Source: an uncultured Pelagibacteraceae bacterium (GTDB taxonomy: Bacteria; Pseudomonadota; Alphaproteobacteria; Pelagibacterales; AG-422-B15). Taken from it: DNA of 64,000 nucleotides. The stretch's first letter is position 1, and every line of letters starts with the position of its first letter. Both the position numbers and the translations under genes were made by a program. The DNA lies in the NCBI GenBank assembly GCA_902622985.1, contig CACNSH010000002.1:191183-255182 (forward strand). Direction: 5' to 3'. Of this stretch, positions 50,733 through 62,947 are shown one piece after another. The notes beneath the pieces were generated by a model. It was not told where the DNA came from, did not search any database, and worked only from the letters and a program-made list of their open reading frames with translations.

Positions 50733-52292
50733 TCAAACTCCAGTGACGCCTGACATACTTGCTGGAGCTGACCTTTCTCTTTTAATTATTAATTTGTTTA
50801 GAGCGTTTATATATGCTTTGGCAGACGCAACAAGAGTATCTGTGTGTGCACCAAGTCCAACAACAGTTTTGCCATCTTCTGCCAATCTTACAGAAACTTC
50901 AGCTTGTGCATCCGTTCCTTCCGTAACAGCATGAACTTGATAGAGTAATAATTTTCCTTTATGAGGAACAAGTTGACTTAAACCATTAAAGATTGCATCA
51001 ACAGGTCCGTCTCCCGAAGAAGTTACTGTCTTTGGCTCATCATCAATTAAAAGACTGATCTCTGCTTTTTGAGGACCTTTTGTTCCAGCTATAACTTGCA
51101 AATCCTGCAGTAAAATAGAGTCATTAACTCTGATTACCTGGTCATCAATAATAGCGATAATATCTTCATCATATATATTTTTCTTTTTATCTGCTAAGTT
51201 TTTAAAATTTTCAAAAGCCTCCTCAATTACATTGTCATTAATTGAATATCCAAGTTCAATTATCTTTTGTTTGAATGCATGTCTGCCAGAGTGCTTGCCC
51301 ATTACAAGATTTGATTCTGAAACTCCAACACTTTCTGGGGTCATAATCTCATACGTTTTATTATTTTTTAACATCCCGTCCTGATGAATACCTGCTTCGT
51401 GTGCAAAAGCATTTTTTCCAACAATAGCTTTATTAAATTGTACTGGAAAACCTGTAACTGCTGAGACAAGCTTGGAGGTTTTTGTTAATTTTTCAGTCTG
51501 AATGTTCGTTTGAAAAGGCATCATGTCATTTCTAGTTCTTATCGCCATGACAACTTCTTCCATTGCAGCGTTTCCAGCCCTTTCACCCAAACCATTAATC
51601 GTGCACTCAATTTGCCTTGCGCCAGCTCTCACGCCTGCAAGAGAATTTGCTACCGCCAATCCAAGATCATTATGACAATGTGTCGAAATTGTAACCTTAT
51701 CAATATTAGGCACATTGTTCATTAAATGATTTATAATATTTGTAAATTCATCAGGAATTGAGTATCCAACAGTATCTGGAATATTTATTGTAGATGCACC
51801 GTTCTTAATCGCAGCTTCGACAGTTTTACACATAAAGTCCAAATCTGTCCTAGTTCCATCTTCACAAGACCACTCAACGTCATCACATAGATTCCGTGCA
51901 AAAGATACACTGTCAATTACCTTCTGGTAAACCTCATCGGAATTCAATTGTAACTTGTGTTTCATATGAAGTTCACTTGTTGAGATAAATGTATGTATTC
52001 TTGGAGCAGTTGCATTTTTAAGAGCGTCTGCAGCTGTTTGAATGTCATTTTTTGAAGCTCTGCTCAAAGCGCATATTGATGAATTTTTAATCTTTTTTGA
52101 TATTTCAGAAACTGCTTCATAATCTCCCTTTGATGCGGCAGGAAATCCTGCTTCAATAATATCAACTTTCAAATCCTCTAAAGCTTCTGCAATTTTTAGT
52201 TTTTCTTCAATGTTCATTGAAGCACCAGGTGACTGCTCACCATCTCTTAATGTAGTGTCAAAAATCTTTATGTAATTATTTTCTTTAATCAT
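50733..52292 (-). CDS. leuA: 2-isopropylmalate synthase
   Basis: DTTLRDGEQ, HCHNDLG, GERAGN, HEAGIHQDG, regulatory domain. Confidence 0.97.
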   Translation of the reverse strand: MIKENNYIKIFDTTLRDGEQSPGASMNIEEKLKIAEALEDLKVDIIEAGFPAASKGDYEAVSEISKKIKNSSICALSRASKNDIQTAADALKNATAPRIHTFISTSELHMKHKLQLNSDEVYQKVIDSVSFARNLCDDVEWSCEDGTRTDLDFMCKTVEAAIKNGASTINIPDTVGYSIPDEFTNIINHLMNNVPNIDKVTISTHCHNDLGLAVANSLAGVRAGARQIECTINGLGERAGNAAMEEVVMAIRTRNDMMPFQTNIQTEKLTKTSKLVSAVTGFPVQFNKAIVGKNAFAHEAGIHQDGMLKNNKTYEIMTPESVGVSESNLVMGKHSGRHAFKQKIIELGYSINDNVIEEAFENFKNLADKKKNIYDEDIIAIIDDQVIRVNDSILLQDLQVIAGTKGPQKAEISLLIDDEPKTVTSSGDGPVDAIFNGLSQLVPHKGKLLLYQVHAVTEGTDAQAEVSVRLAEDGKTVVGLGAHTDTLVASAKAYINALNKLIIKRERSAPASMSGVTGV

Positions 52293-52335
52293 CTCTCATC
52301 CTCTTAATAAAATTAAATTGTGTTAAAATTAAGTA

Positions 52336-52443
52336 CCCCCTGCAGTAATGTTATATTACCCAGGGGCTGCTAAGCAGGTCTAACAGCAATAGAGATTGAG
52401 AAGCGCTATTCACAGTTAATTGATTTTCAAATTTTTTATTCAA
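52336..52443 (-). promoter_or_regulatory. leuA leader peptide and attenuator-like hairpin
   Basis: ORF ending at 52351 reads ...NSASQSLLLLDLLSSPWVI*, with starts TTG 52443 or GTG 52413; CCCCTG/CAGGGG hairpin. Confidence 0.75.
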
Positions 52444-52589
52444 TTTTACCACTCTGTTTTATTGCACTTTCTACTTGTTTGAGATTATCCGATAATTATA
52501 TGAAAATTCGTTATTTTTCAACGTATTAGTAAAAAAACCTAATTTTCTGCCATAAATCAAGGAAATTGCTGAACTGAAGTATTGCTGAA

Positions 52590-53618
<1,029 letters not shown>

Positions 53619-54125
53619 TTACATCTTTTCTGTTCCGCGTGCAATAGCTACTACACCAGTTCTTGATACCTCAGAGAGACCTAATGGCTTCATTAAATCG
53701 ATGAAAGCATCAATTTTTCTTGGAGAACCATTCAATTCGAAGACGAAAGAATCGTGTGTTGTGTCTATTACTTTGGCTCTAAATACATCAGATAACCTCA
53801 TTGACTCTACTCTTTTTTCTCCAGTTGAAACAATTTTGACTAAGGCCATCTCCCTTTCAATGCCCTGTTTCTCAAATGTGACGTTTACCGCTCTTTTTAC
53901 AGGTACAATTCTCTGTAATTGGCTAATCATTTTATTTACTGTTTCTTCTGTACCTGGCGCCACAATTGTAATCCTAGAGATATGTTTTTCTGCATCTACT
54001 TCAGCAACTGTAAGACTATCAATGTTGTAACCTCTACCTGAAATTAAACCTATTACTCGCGCAAGAACACCTGGCTCATTATCAACAAGAACTGATACTG
54101 TATGTTTTGAAATTAATTCACTCAT
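53619..54125 (-). CDS. ilvN: Acetolactate synthase small subunit
   Basis: VDNEPGVLARV, RGYNI.SL, ERE.ALVK. Confidence 0.96.
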   Translation of the reverse strand: MSELISKHTVSVLVDNEPGVLARVIGLISGRGYNIDSLTVAEVDAEKHISRITIVAPGTEETVNKMISQLQRIVPVKRAVNVTFEKQGIEREMALVKIVSTGEKRVESMRLSDVFRAKVIDTTHDSFVFELNGSPRKIDAFIDLMKPLGLSEVSRTGVVAIARGTEKM

Positions 54126-55894
54126 TATACTAATACTTTTCCTTCATCTGAGATCTCTTCTTTTTCTGTTTCATCTCCAAGCAACATTTCATTGTGGGCC
54201 TTTCCAGATGGTATCATTGGAAAAACATTTTCGTTTTCATCAACTACGCAGTCAAATATTACAGGGCCATCATAATCAATCATTTCAATTATTGCCTTGT
54301 CAAGTTCACTTGGACTTTGGGCCCTTATACCTTTAGCGCCGTAAGCTTCAGCAAGCTTTACAAAATCAGGTAAAGCATCTGTATAGCTGTGAGAGTATCT
54401 TTTATCGTGAAGAAGTTCTTGCCACTGCCTTACCATTCCCATGTATTGATTATTAATAATGAAAATCTTTACAGGCAGTTTGTGTTGAATGGCTGTCGAC
54501 ATTTCTTGTATGCACATCAATATTGAAGCTTCTCCTGCAATATCAATTACGAGTTTATCGGGATGAGCAACTTGAGCGCCTATTGCAGCTGGCAAACCAA
54601 AACCCATAGTGCCCAGTCCTCCAGATGTAATCCATCTGTTGGGTCTATTAAATTTGTAATATTGCGCGGCCCACATTTGATGCTGTCCAACCTCAGTGGT
54701 TACAAAAACATCTTTTTCTTTTGTCAGTTCATACAATCTTTGTATTGCATGTTGTGGCTTTATCGTTTTTTTATCTTCATTAAACCCTAATGAATCTCGC
54801 TCTTTCCATTTATCTATTTGTTTCCACCAATCCTTAACCTGCGATTTATTAACCTTATAAACTTTTGATTTCCACAGCTTAATGGCATCTTCAAGTACAT
54901 GAGCAACGTCACCAACAAGGGCAACATCTACATTGACAACTTTATTAATTGAAGATGGATCAATATCGATATGGATTTTTTTTGAATTTGGAGAAAATTC
55001 ATCAATTTTTCCAGTAATTCTATCATCAAAACGTGCGCCAATGTTTATCATGAGGTCACATTTATTCATCGCCATATTAGCTTCGTATGTACCGTGCATG
55101 CCAAGCATTCCTACAAACTGAGTATCATCACCTGGAAACGCACCAAGTCCTTGAAGGGTGGATGTAATTGGAAAACCAGTAAGACGAACAAACTCTCTTA
55201 GTAGTTGAACGGCTGCATTCCCTGAATTGATTACTCCCCCTCCAGTATAAAAGATTGGCTTTTCAGCTTCTGCGATTAACTTTAGAGCATCATCAATATT
55301 ATCAATGTTTGCTTTTAATTTTGGTCTATAAGACTTATGTTTAACTGTATCAGGCCCAATATATGTTCCGGTTTGGAATTGAATATCTTTCGGTATATCT
55401 ACTAGAACAGGTCCTGGTCTGCCGCTTGAAGCTACATAAAATGCTTCGTGTAAAATTCGAGATAGATCACTTATATCCTTAACTAACCAATTATGCTTAG
55501 TACACGGACGCGTAATCCCAACTGCATCACATTCCTGAAATGCATCCGTTCCAATTAAGTGCGTAGGAACTTGTCCACTAATACAAACAAGAGGAATTGA
55601 ATCCATCATAGCATCAGTTAATCCTGTCACTGCGTTAGTTACTCCTGGACCTGAAGTAACTAACATTACTCCAACTTTACCACTTGACCTTGCATACCCC
55701 TCAGCAGCATGGGACGCACCTTGTTCATGCCTTACTAAAAAATGGCGTATTTGATGGTTTGTATCCTTAGTTTTTGCTAATTCATCATATATTGGCAAAA
55801 CTGCGCCACCAGGATAGCCAAATATTGTATCAACTTGTTGATCTTCCAAGGCCTTTAGAACCATTTGTGCACCAGTCATTTGCATATTAACCAT
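54125..55894 (-). CDS. ilvB: Acetolactate synthase large subunit
   Basis: FGYPGGA, RHEQ, TSGPG, GQHQMW, GLGTMG, GMVRQWQ. Confidence 0.97.
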   Translation of the reverse strand: MVNMQMTGAQMVLKALEDQQVDTIFGYPGGAVLPIYDELAKTKDTNHQIRHFLVRHEQGASHAAEGYARSSGKVGVMLVTSGPGVTNAVTGLTDAMMDSIPLVCISGQVPTHLIGTDAFQECDAVGITRPCTKHNWLVKDISDLSRILHEAFYVASSGRPGPVLVDIPKDIQFQTGTYIGPDTVKHKSYRPKLKANIDNIDDALKLIAEAEKPIFYTGGGVINSGNAAVQLLREFVRLTGFPITSTLQGLGAFPGDDTQFVGMLGMHGTYEANMAMNKCDLMINIGARFDDRITGKIDEFSPNSKKIHIDIDPSSINKVVNVDVALVGDVAHVLEDAIKLWKSKVYKVNKSQVKDWWKQIDKWKERDSLGFNEDKKTIKPQHAIQRLYELTKEKDVFVTTEVGQHQMWAAQYYKFNRPNRWITSGGLGTMGFGLPAAIGAQVAHPDKLVIDIAGEASILMCIQEMSTAIQHKLPVKIFIINNQYMGMVRQWQELLHDKRYSHSYTDALPDFVKLAEAYGAKGIRAQSPSELDKAIIEMIDYDGPVIFDCVVDENENVFPMIPSGKAHNEMLLGDETEKEEISDEGKVLV

Positions 55895-55987
55895 AAATTA
55901 TACCCCTAATAAGAAGTGACGTTTTATGGAGATTTAATTAATAAGTCAAATATTTTAAATATATGAAAAGAATATTTTATAGATAAT

Positions 55988-56866
55988 TTATAAATATTTC
56001 TTTATATCAACATTTTGAGTAATATTATTACCTTTTATCCACGTATCTTGTCTTTTGATATAGTTTCTCGTGTTTTTCTTCATTATCCTTTTGGCTTCAT
56101 CTAAACTGACTTTTCCATCAATAAAGTTGGTTATTTCACGAACTCCAATTGCCTTCATAATAGATAATTCAGCGCTATAATTTTTCTCAATTAAAGATTG
56201 AACCTCATCGACAGCACCATCATGAAACATATTATCAACTCTTTGCTCAGCTGACTCATATAGCTTCTCACGTAAATTGCCAGTTAGGATCACTCTATAA
56301 TTTACAATATCAATTTTTTTGTTTGGATTAAATTGCCATTCTTCTAAAACTTTTCCAGTCTGAAGCAGTAATGAATAACTACGCATTATTCTTTGTTTAT
56401 CATTTGAATTAATTTTTGTACCTGGGTATTTTAATAAGATTTTATTGTATAAATGATTAAGACCATTAGTTTCTAAATCCAGCTTTGTTTGTTCTTCTAT
56501 ATTTTTTTTTATAGAAGGAATTTCTGAAAGTCCATCCATCAAGGCCTTTAAATACAAACCTGTTCCACCTACAACAATTGGAAGCAACTTATTATCGAAA
56601 CAATTATTAATTTCATGCTCTGCTTTTTCCAGCCAAATAGCTGCTGAGCAACTTTCATTGCCTTTAAGCATACCATAAAGACGATGGTCAAATTTTTTAC
56701 ATATCTCATCGTCTGGTCTATCAGTTAGTATCTTTAGATCTTTGTATACCTGTAGACTATCAAAATTAATTATTGCTGATTTATGTTTAGAAGCAATTTG
56801 AGTTGCAAGCTTTGACTTTCCACTTGCTGTGGGACCAAAGATAACCAGTATGTCCCTTTTTTCCAT
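55988..56866 (-). CDS. miaA: tRNA dimethylallyltransferase
   Basis: GPTASGKS, DSLQVY, VGGTGLY, KAIG, KRQ.TW. Confidence 0.95.
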   Translation of the reverse strand: MEKRDILVIFGPTASGKSKLATQIASKHKSAIINFDSLQVYKDLKILTDRPDDEICKKFDHRLYGMLKGNESCSAAIWLEKAEHEINNCFDNKLLPIVVGGTGLYLKALMDGLSEIPSIKKNIEEQTKLDLETNGLNHLYNKILLKYPGTKINSNDKQRIMRSYSLLLQTGKVLEEWQFNPNKKIDIVNYRVILTGNLREKLYESAEQRVDNMFHDGAVDEVQSLIEKNYSAELSIMKAIGVREITNFIDGKVSLDEAKRIMKKNTRNYIKRQDTWIKGNNITQNVDIKKYL

Positions 56867-56871
56867 TTTAT

Positions 56872-58275
56872 TTAGTCGAGAGACAACCTAGCGCCTATAT
56901 ATTTTTTAGAGTTAGGGCCAGAATAAAAAACAATTAAAACATTTTCTTTTCCCTGAGAAACAACCTCATCAATTATTTGTAATACTTCCCCAGATGCTTT
57001 CACTGATTTATTTTGTATTTCAATAATAATGTCGTCTTTTTTAATATTTTGTCGTATTAGGAAAGAGTCATTATTGATTTCAGATATAATTACTCCTTGT
57101 AGAGTTTTAGCTAAATCCAATCTGGACTTGTCTTCATCTGTCAAGGTTCTGACTTTTATTCCTAGTTCTTTTATTAAAACAGCTGATCCATTATTTTCAA
57201 TTGAGGCAAGTTCCTCAAGAGACGGTTGTTTGCCTAAATTTACAAATAACTGAACTTCTTTTTCATCTCGCCAGACAACTACCTTTGTAGATTGACCAAT
57301 ATCAGCCTCGGCCACAAGTTTTGGAAGCGTTTGAACAGATTCAACTTCTTTGCCATTGAATTCAATAATGATGTCACCCTCATTAACTCCGCCTTTAAGT
57401 GCCGGGCTATCTGTAGTTAAACCCTGAACTAAGGCACCATAGGTTTTACCAAGACCCAAACTCTGCGCAATTTCATCAGTTACTTCTTGAATTCTTACGC
57501 CTAACCAGGCTCTTTCAATTTCTCCTGTTTCTTGCAGTTGCTGAATAATGTTGTTTGCAAGATTTGATGGTATAGCAAAACCGATACCAATAGATCCGCC
57601 GCTTGGAGAAATGATCATAGAATTTACTCCAATCACTTTCCCGTCTAAATCAAATAAAGGTCCTCCTGAATTGCCCCTATTTATTGATGCATCAGTTTGT
57701 ATAAAGTCATCATATCTTCCACCAAGCATCCTGCCTCTTGCAGAAACGATACCTGCTGTAACAGTGCCTCCTAGTCCATGTGGATTACCGATTGCCATTA
57801 CCCAATTACCTACTTTTGCTGTGTCTGAATCACCAAACTCTAAAAATGGAAGGTTATTTGCGTCAACTTTTAGAAGCGCTAAATCAGTCTCAGCATCTGA
57901 AGCGATCAATTCGGCTTCTAATTTTAATCCATCTGTAAAGGTAACTTGTATGTCTGAAGCGTTCTCTACAACATGATTATTTGTAACAATAAAACCATCT
58001 GCAGAAATCACAAAGCCTGAACCTAATGAACTAAATTCTCTCTCTGATGGTTCTGGGCTAGGCATATTAAACGGAAAATTAAAAAAATCTTCAATCGATG
58101 GAACTTGAGGACCTGTATTTTCAATTATACCAGTAGTTGAAATGTTAACAACTGAGGGTGAAACTCTTTCAGCTAAATCAGAGAAGGTATCAGGTCCATT
58201 AAAGCTTAAAGATTGAAACGTAGAACAAATAAACAAAAAAAAGATGATTGGTATAATTTTGATATCTAATTTCAT
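56872..58275 (-). CDS. degP: Do/DegP family periplasmic serine protease
   Basis: GSGF, TNNHV, QTDASINRGNSGG, two PDZ domains; start placed at MKLDIK. Confidence 0.92.
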   Translation of the reverse strand: MKLDIKIIPIIFFLFICSTFQSLSFNGPDTFSDLAERVSPSVVNISTTGIIENTGPQVPSIEDFFNFPFNMPSPEPSEREFSSLGSGFVISADGFIVTNNHVVENASDIQVTFTDGLKLEAELIASDAETDLALLKVDANNLPFLEFGDSDTAKVGNWVMAIGNPHGLGGTVTAGIVSARGRMLGGRYDDFIQTDASINRGNSGGPLFDLDGKVIGVNSMIISPSGGSIGIGFAIPSNLANNIIQQLQETGEIERAWLGVRIQEVTDEIAQSLGLGKTYGALVQGLTTDSPALKGGVNEGDIIIEFNGKEVESVQTLPKLVAEADIGQSTKVVVWRDEKEVQLFVNLGKQPSLEELASIENNGSAVLIKELGIKVRTLTDEDKSRLDLAKTLQGVIISEINNDSFLIRQNIKKDDIIIEIQNKSVKASGEVLQIIDEVVSQGKENVLIVFYSGPNSKKYIGARLSLD

Positions 58276-58460
58276 CTGACTGCAGTCCATAACATTAGAA
58301 ATCCTACTATTGCTGATGCCAGACCTCCCCATTTTAGGGTGTCATTGTTCATCTCTAACATAGATCTAATCATATTCTTCATTCTATTTGGAAATAAGGC
58401 ATAAAGAAGGCCCTCTATAATTAAAAGTAATCCAAGAGAACCTAATATAAATTGCATCAT
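58272..58460 (-). CDS. DUF2065 small membrane protein
   Basis: LIIEGLLYALFP motif; downstream of hflC. Confidence 0.85.
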   Translation of the reverse strand: MMQFILGSLGLLLIIEGLLYALFPNRMKNMIRSMLEMNNDTLKWGGLASAIVGFLMLWTAVR

Positions 58461-58480
58461 TTTAGGAAAGTTAAATATTT

Positions 58481-59341
58481 TTACTCAGAGTAAGTTCCAA
58501 AATATTGAAAGAATTCACTTTCAGGAGACAAGATCATAGTTGTGTCTGAACTTTTCAGACCTTCTGCATACGCCTGCATTGCTCTGTAGAAAGCAAAAAA
58601 TTCAGGGTCTTTTCCAAATGCATCCGCAAAAATTTTATTAGCCATTCCATCGCCTTCACCACGAATTATGTTGGCTTCTTTCTCTGCTTGTGACTTTATA
58701 ATCGTAACTTCCTTATCAGCAGTTGAACGAATTTTTTGAGCCATCTCAGCACCTTTTGCTCTGAACTCTCTGGCTTCACGTTCACGTTCAGTTTGCATTC
58801 TACCAAAAATTGCCTGGCTATTTGCTTCAGGTAAATCAGCTCGTTTAATTCTTACATCAACAATTTCTATTCCAAAGTTCTTTACTTCTGCTTCGGCTAA
58901 TGACGTAATTTGCTTCATAAGTTTCGAACGGTCATCCGATAACACGGCGGACAGAGGTTCCTCACCAAGAACGCCCCTAATTCTTGAATTAACAACTGCA
59001 GAAATTCTTGATCTAGCGACATTTTCATTACCAAATGCCTTATAGAACTCTAAAACATCAACAATTTTGAATTTTACATAAGCATCAACAATAAGCCTCT
59101 TTTGATCAGATGCGATTACCTCAGCGGCAGGGGCATCGATGTCTAGAATACGATTATCAATAAATATTACATTTTGAATGAATGGTATTTTAAAATTAAG
59201 ACCTGGTTCAGTAATTACTCTTTTTGGATCACCAAACTGCAATACGATTGCATTTTTTACTTCTAGCACTGTGAACAGGGTGAAATAAGCGACTATTACA
59301 ATAAATCCTAAAACTATCAATGATATTCTCGTAGTGCTCAT
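58481..59341 (-). CDS. hflC: FtsH protease modulator HflC
   Basis: PGLNFKIPF, DVRIKR.DLP, RMQTER, FYRAM.AY. Confidence 0.96.
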   Translation of the reverse strand: MSTTRISLIVLGFIVIVAYFTLFTVLEVKNAIVLQFGDPKRVITEPGLNFKIPFIQNVIFIDNRILDIDAPAAEVIASDQKRLIVDAYVKFKIVDVLEFYKAFGNENVARSRISAVVNSRIRGVLGEEPLSAVLSDDRSKLMKQITSLAEAEVKNFGIEIVDVRIKRADLPEANSQAIFGRMQTEREREAREFRAKGAEMAQKIRSTADKEVTIIKSQAEKEANIIRGEGDGMANKIFADAFGKDPEFFAFYRAMQAYAEGLKSSDTTMILSPESEFFQYFGTYSE

Positions 59342-59343
59342 AA

Positions 59344-60417
59344 TCACTCCTGTGACTTCTTGCTTAATTCGGGAAGTGGTAAATAAGGAACAACTGAGTC
59401 ACCTCCGGCTTTGTCAATGATAACCTTGTCCATATCAGAGAAAACATCTTCCATTGTCTCATAAAATATTCTTTTCTTTGTCACTTGAGGAGCTTTTGCG
59501 TACTCTGTTTGAATTGACAGGAACCTTGCTGCCTTACCTTCACTGTCAGCAATGACCTTTTGTCTATAACCCTCAGCAGATTGAAGAATTTGCTCCGCCT
59601 CACCTCTTGCTCTTGGAATTATATCGTTAGCATATGCCTCTGCTTCATTTCTTTGTCGTTCCATATCAGCTCGTGCAGCCTGTACATCTCTAAATGCGTC
59701 GATTACCTGTGCTGGCGGGTCAGCCTTTTGAGTTTGTACTTGTGTTATTGTAATACCCGTACCGTATTCGTCTAATATTTCTTGTATAATTAATCTAGTT
59801 TGTTCCTCTATTTCTGTTCTTCCTTCTGTCAGAATGGATTGCAGGCCACCCTGCCCGATAGACTCTCTCATTGCTGTCTCTGCAGCGCTTTTCACAGTAA
59901 GTTCGGGAGCTTGAACATTAAATAAAAACTTACCCGCATCATTGATTAACCAGAATACTGAAAAGTCAATATCAACAATATTTTCGTCACCTGTTAACAT
60001 TAAACTTTCTTCTTCTACATCTCTAATTGCAGTGACTCTAGAATCTGGACTTTGTCTGTAACCAACATCTATTCTATTTATTTTGGTTACTTTGGGTGTG
60101 AATACACGCTCTATAGGATATGGTAAGTGATAGTTTAGTCCAGGTTGTGTGGTTTTGGTGTACTTTCCAAATTGTAAAACTACGCCCTGCTCGTCCGGTA
60201 AAACTCTATAAAAACCACTCGCAAGCCATATAAGTATTAATATACCAATGATAACTATTGGTCCTAACTTTCCAAAAAAAGAACCTGGCATCATTCCTTT
60301 AAAACGATTCTGTGCGTTTCGGATCACATCATCCATGTTGGGACCTGGACCACGTCTACCACTTCCATTACCTGAAGAACCCCAAGGATCGTTATTGTTA
60401 TTATCAGACCAAGACAT
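59344..60417 (-). CDS. hflK: FtsH protease modulator HflK
   Basis: Gly-rich N-terminus, MLTGDENIV, AFRDVQ.AR, PYLPL. Confidence 0.96.
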   Translation of the reverse strand: MSWSDNNNNDPWGSSGNGSGRRGPGPNMDDVIRNAQNRFKGMMPGSFFGKLGPIVIIGILILIWLASGFYRVLPDEQGVVLQFGKYTKTTQPGLNYHLPYPIERVFTPKVTKINRIDVGYRQSPDSRVTAIRDVEEESLMLTGDENIVDIDFSVFWLINDAGKFLFNVQAPELTVKSAAETAMRESIGQGGLQSILTEGRTEIEEQTRLIIQEILDEYGTGITITQVQTQKADPPAQVIDAFRDVQAARADMERQRNEAEAYANDIIPRARGEAEQILQSAEGYRQKVIADSEGKAARFLSIQTEYAKAPQVTKKRIFYETMEDVFSDMDKVIIDKAGGDSVVPYLPLPELSKKSQE

Positions 60418-60523
60418 ATAATTTAGAATTATTACCTATATATGGTAAAAATGCTTAAAAGCAATTATTTACACTTATACTATGATATATTGTAATTAAT
60501 TACGTAAATACAAGATCAAAAAA

Positions 60524-61609
60524 ATGGCAGAAACTCTAGAAAATCAAGCTTTACACCTCCTTGGACAAGTTGTTAACGAAGAAGCAGGTGAAAACATAGT
60601 TGCTATGGGTATGGTTAAAAATGTATCTGTGAGTGAGGGAAAGATAGATTGTATTATTGAATTCAAAGAAAATGATCAGAAAAAAAATGAAAAAATTTTT
60701 GAGGATGCCCAAAGAGCACTGAAAGAGATTCCAGGTGTAACTAAAGTTAATATAATCACAACCTTACATAAGGAAAATTCAACACATGCAAATGATGAAG
60801 TGAATTCAGATAACAAAACAAATAGCTTTGGCACTAATCAAATAAAATATATTCTTGCAGTTGCATCAGGAAAAGGAGGAGTCGGCAAATCAACAGTCGC
60901 TTCAAATCTAGCATGCGCGTTTAAATCACTTGGTTTAAAAACCTGTTTACTTGATGCTGATATTTATGGTCCATCAATTCCCAAAATGATTGGGATTAAT
61001 GAAAAGCCTCATTCTGATGGACAAAAAATTGAAACAATCAATCGATATGGACTATCGACAATGTCTATGGGTTACATGGTCAATGATGAAAATCCAATCA
61101 TCTGGAGAGGCCTAATGGTCATGAAAGCAATTAATGAAATGATTGATAAAGTAAATTGGGGAGCTGCAGATATTATGGTCATCGATTTGCCCCCAGGCAC
61201 AGGAGATGTTCAACTGTCTCTGATTCAGAAACTAAAAATCTCTGGAAGTTTAATAGTTACTACACCTCAAGATATTGCTTTAATTGATGTAATCAGAGGG
61301 TTAAAGATGTTTGAAAAAACTAAAGTACCCATTCTTGGCATTGTGGAAAATATGAGTTACTTTTTAGCACCTGATACAGGCAAAGAATATAAACTTTACG
61401 GTGAAAGTAAAACAAATGAAGTTGCTGAAAAATATGATTATGAAATACTTGCAAATCTTCCTCATGATCCATTGCTACTTGAGCAATGTGAAAAAGGTCA
61501 CCCTCTTACAGATTTAGTGCCAGATCATAAAGTCAGTCAAATGTTTATTGAATTGGCCGAGAATTTATTAAAACGATTAAAACTAGAACAATTAGCAAAT
61601 ACTAACTAA
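60524..61609 (+). CDS. mrp: Mrp/ApbC Fe-S cluster carrier ATPase
   Basis: [34 protein letters not shown]. Confidence 0.93.
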   Translation: MAETLENQALHLLGQVVNEEAGENIVAMGMVKNVSVSEGKIDCIIEFKENDQKKNEKIFEDAQRALKEIPGVTKVNIITTLHKENSTHANDEVNSDNKTNSFGTNQIKYILAVASGKGGVGKSTVASNLACAFKSLGLKTCLLDADIYGPSIPKMIGINEKPHSDGQKIETINRYGLSTMSMGYMVNDENPIIWRGLMVMKAINEMIDKVNWGAADIMVIDLPPGTGDVQLSLIQKLKISGSLIVTTPQDIALIDVIRGLKMFEKTKVPILGIVENMSYFLAPDTGKEYKLYGESKTNEVAEKYDYEILANLPHDPLLLEQCEKGHPLTDLVPDHKVSQMFIELAENLLKRLKLEQLANTN

Positions 61610-62537
61610 TTTCAAACTTTCTTTGCAGTTCGCTCCATTCCCGTTTAGATAAACCTTCTTCTTCAAAAGAAACTTTCTCGCCTTTCAGAAGTTTTCTCAT
61701 CAGATTGACCTCTTTAGCGGACAGTTCTGTTCCACCAATTCTATAGTCTTCAAAAGCTTCATAAGTAAGAGGAACCCATTTTTTTACAATATCTAACATA
61801 GCATCTGCATAAACACGTATTTCATACTGCGCATGATCATCAGCTCTTAGTGCAAGAAAGTGCAACAAATTGTTGAGATCAATCTTCCAGTACCATTGTG
61901 TATAAGTATTAAGGGTAAGATTCATTCTAGCCAGTTCTCTTGCAATTCCAGATTTACTTTCATCAATTATGTTGCCCTCAGAACTTTCGTTTAATAACGT
62001 TTCATAATTAGAGTATGTCTGCTCAGCATCTTTTTTTAGTATCTGAATAACATTAGAGGCTTCATCATCTGTTAACGCATCGCCTCTACCTTGATTATTG
62101 ATCGCAGACTGTGCTGCCAGATTTTCTGCTGATGGAATATAAAACTCTTTATCAAGAATTGAGTAGCGAGCCGAGTACTCATTAACGTTTGCCGTTCTGT
62201 GTCGTATCCATTGTCGAGCTATGAAAATTGGAAGTTTAATATGAAATTTAATTTCACACATTTCAAAAGGGGTCGAGTGACGGTGCCTCATTAGATATTT
62301 AATAAGCCCTTTATCATTTGAAATCTTCTTTGTGCCTTTACCATATGATACTCTTGCCGACTGAACTATTGAACTGTCATCCCCCATATAATCAATGACA
62401 CGAATAAAGCCATGGTCGAGCACTTCTATTGGTTTGTACAAAACTGCTTCTAATTCAGGAGCTGTAACACGAGCTGTTTCTGATATTTCAGACCTTAAGG
62501 CTTCAATTTCTTTAAGTTGTTCTTTGTTTACCGGCAT
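61602..62537 (-). CDS. thyX: FAD-dependent thymidylate synthase
   Basis: [30 protein letters not shown]. Confidence 0.97.
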   Translation of the reverse strand: MPVNKEQLKEIEALRSEISETARVTAPELEAVLYKPIEVLDHGFIRVIDYMGDDSSIVQSARVSYGKGTKKISNDKGLIKYLMRHRHSTPFEMCEIKFHIKLPIFIARQWIRHRTANVNEYSARYSILDKEFYIPSAENLAAQSAINNQGRGDALTDDEASNVIQILKKDAEQTYSNYETLLNESSEGNIIDESKSGIARELARMNLTLNTYTQWYWKIDLNNLLHFLALRADDHAQYEIRVYADAMLDIVKKWVPLTYEAFEDYRIGGTELSAKEVNLMRKLLKGEKVSFEEEGLSKREWSELQRKFEIS

Positions 62538-62617
62538 TTTTTTGAATCAAATAATAAACACATACTATATTAAGATTACTCTCTTTAAAAAGTCTCAATA
62601 TCCAACTATATTCAGAT

Positions 62618-62877
62618 TGCTGGGGATATCCCAGCTATAGGGATAAACGGCTTGCGTAATACCCATTACGGACCCGGGGGCGGTACCCGGCACCTCCACC
62701 ATAAATTGGGGGGTGATATAGGATCGACGAATGCTTAAAGGTAAGTTTTTCTCTCGGTATTGTACCACCGTTATCGGGCTATTTTATAAATGCTAACGAT
62801 GAATTAGCGCTCGCTGCTTAATCTAATTAGGTAAGCGCGGTTCGGGAGGCACCGGGCAACAGAAGTCTCCCACTTTT
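62618..62877 (+). ncRNA. ssrA: Permuted two-piece tmRNA; tag (A)ANDELALAA
   Basis: Acceptor piece ends CACCTCCACCA at 62701. Coding piece starts GGGGGTG...GGATCGAC at about 62709. Tag ORF 62792-62821. Confidence 0.95.
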
Positions 62878-62947
62878 AGTCACTTGGCCTTTAAAAAAAC
62901 TTAAATCGTTACCATATATATATGTAAGGTAGTATACTACAATTCAA

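Noticed and set aside
57029-57976. Antisense ORFs within degP (and similar short ORFs across the track)
   Set aside because: Shadow frames of well-supported genes, with no RBS or motifs.
60438-60464. RpoH-like promoter TTGCTT...CCATATAT upstream of hflK
   Set aside because: Plausible but too degenerate in AT-rich DNA to call, and not novel.
62618-62877. Permuted tmRNA as a novelty or integration site
   Set aside because: Two-piece tmRNA is normal for alphaproteobacteria; no integrase or duplicated att sequence seen nearby.
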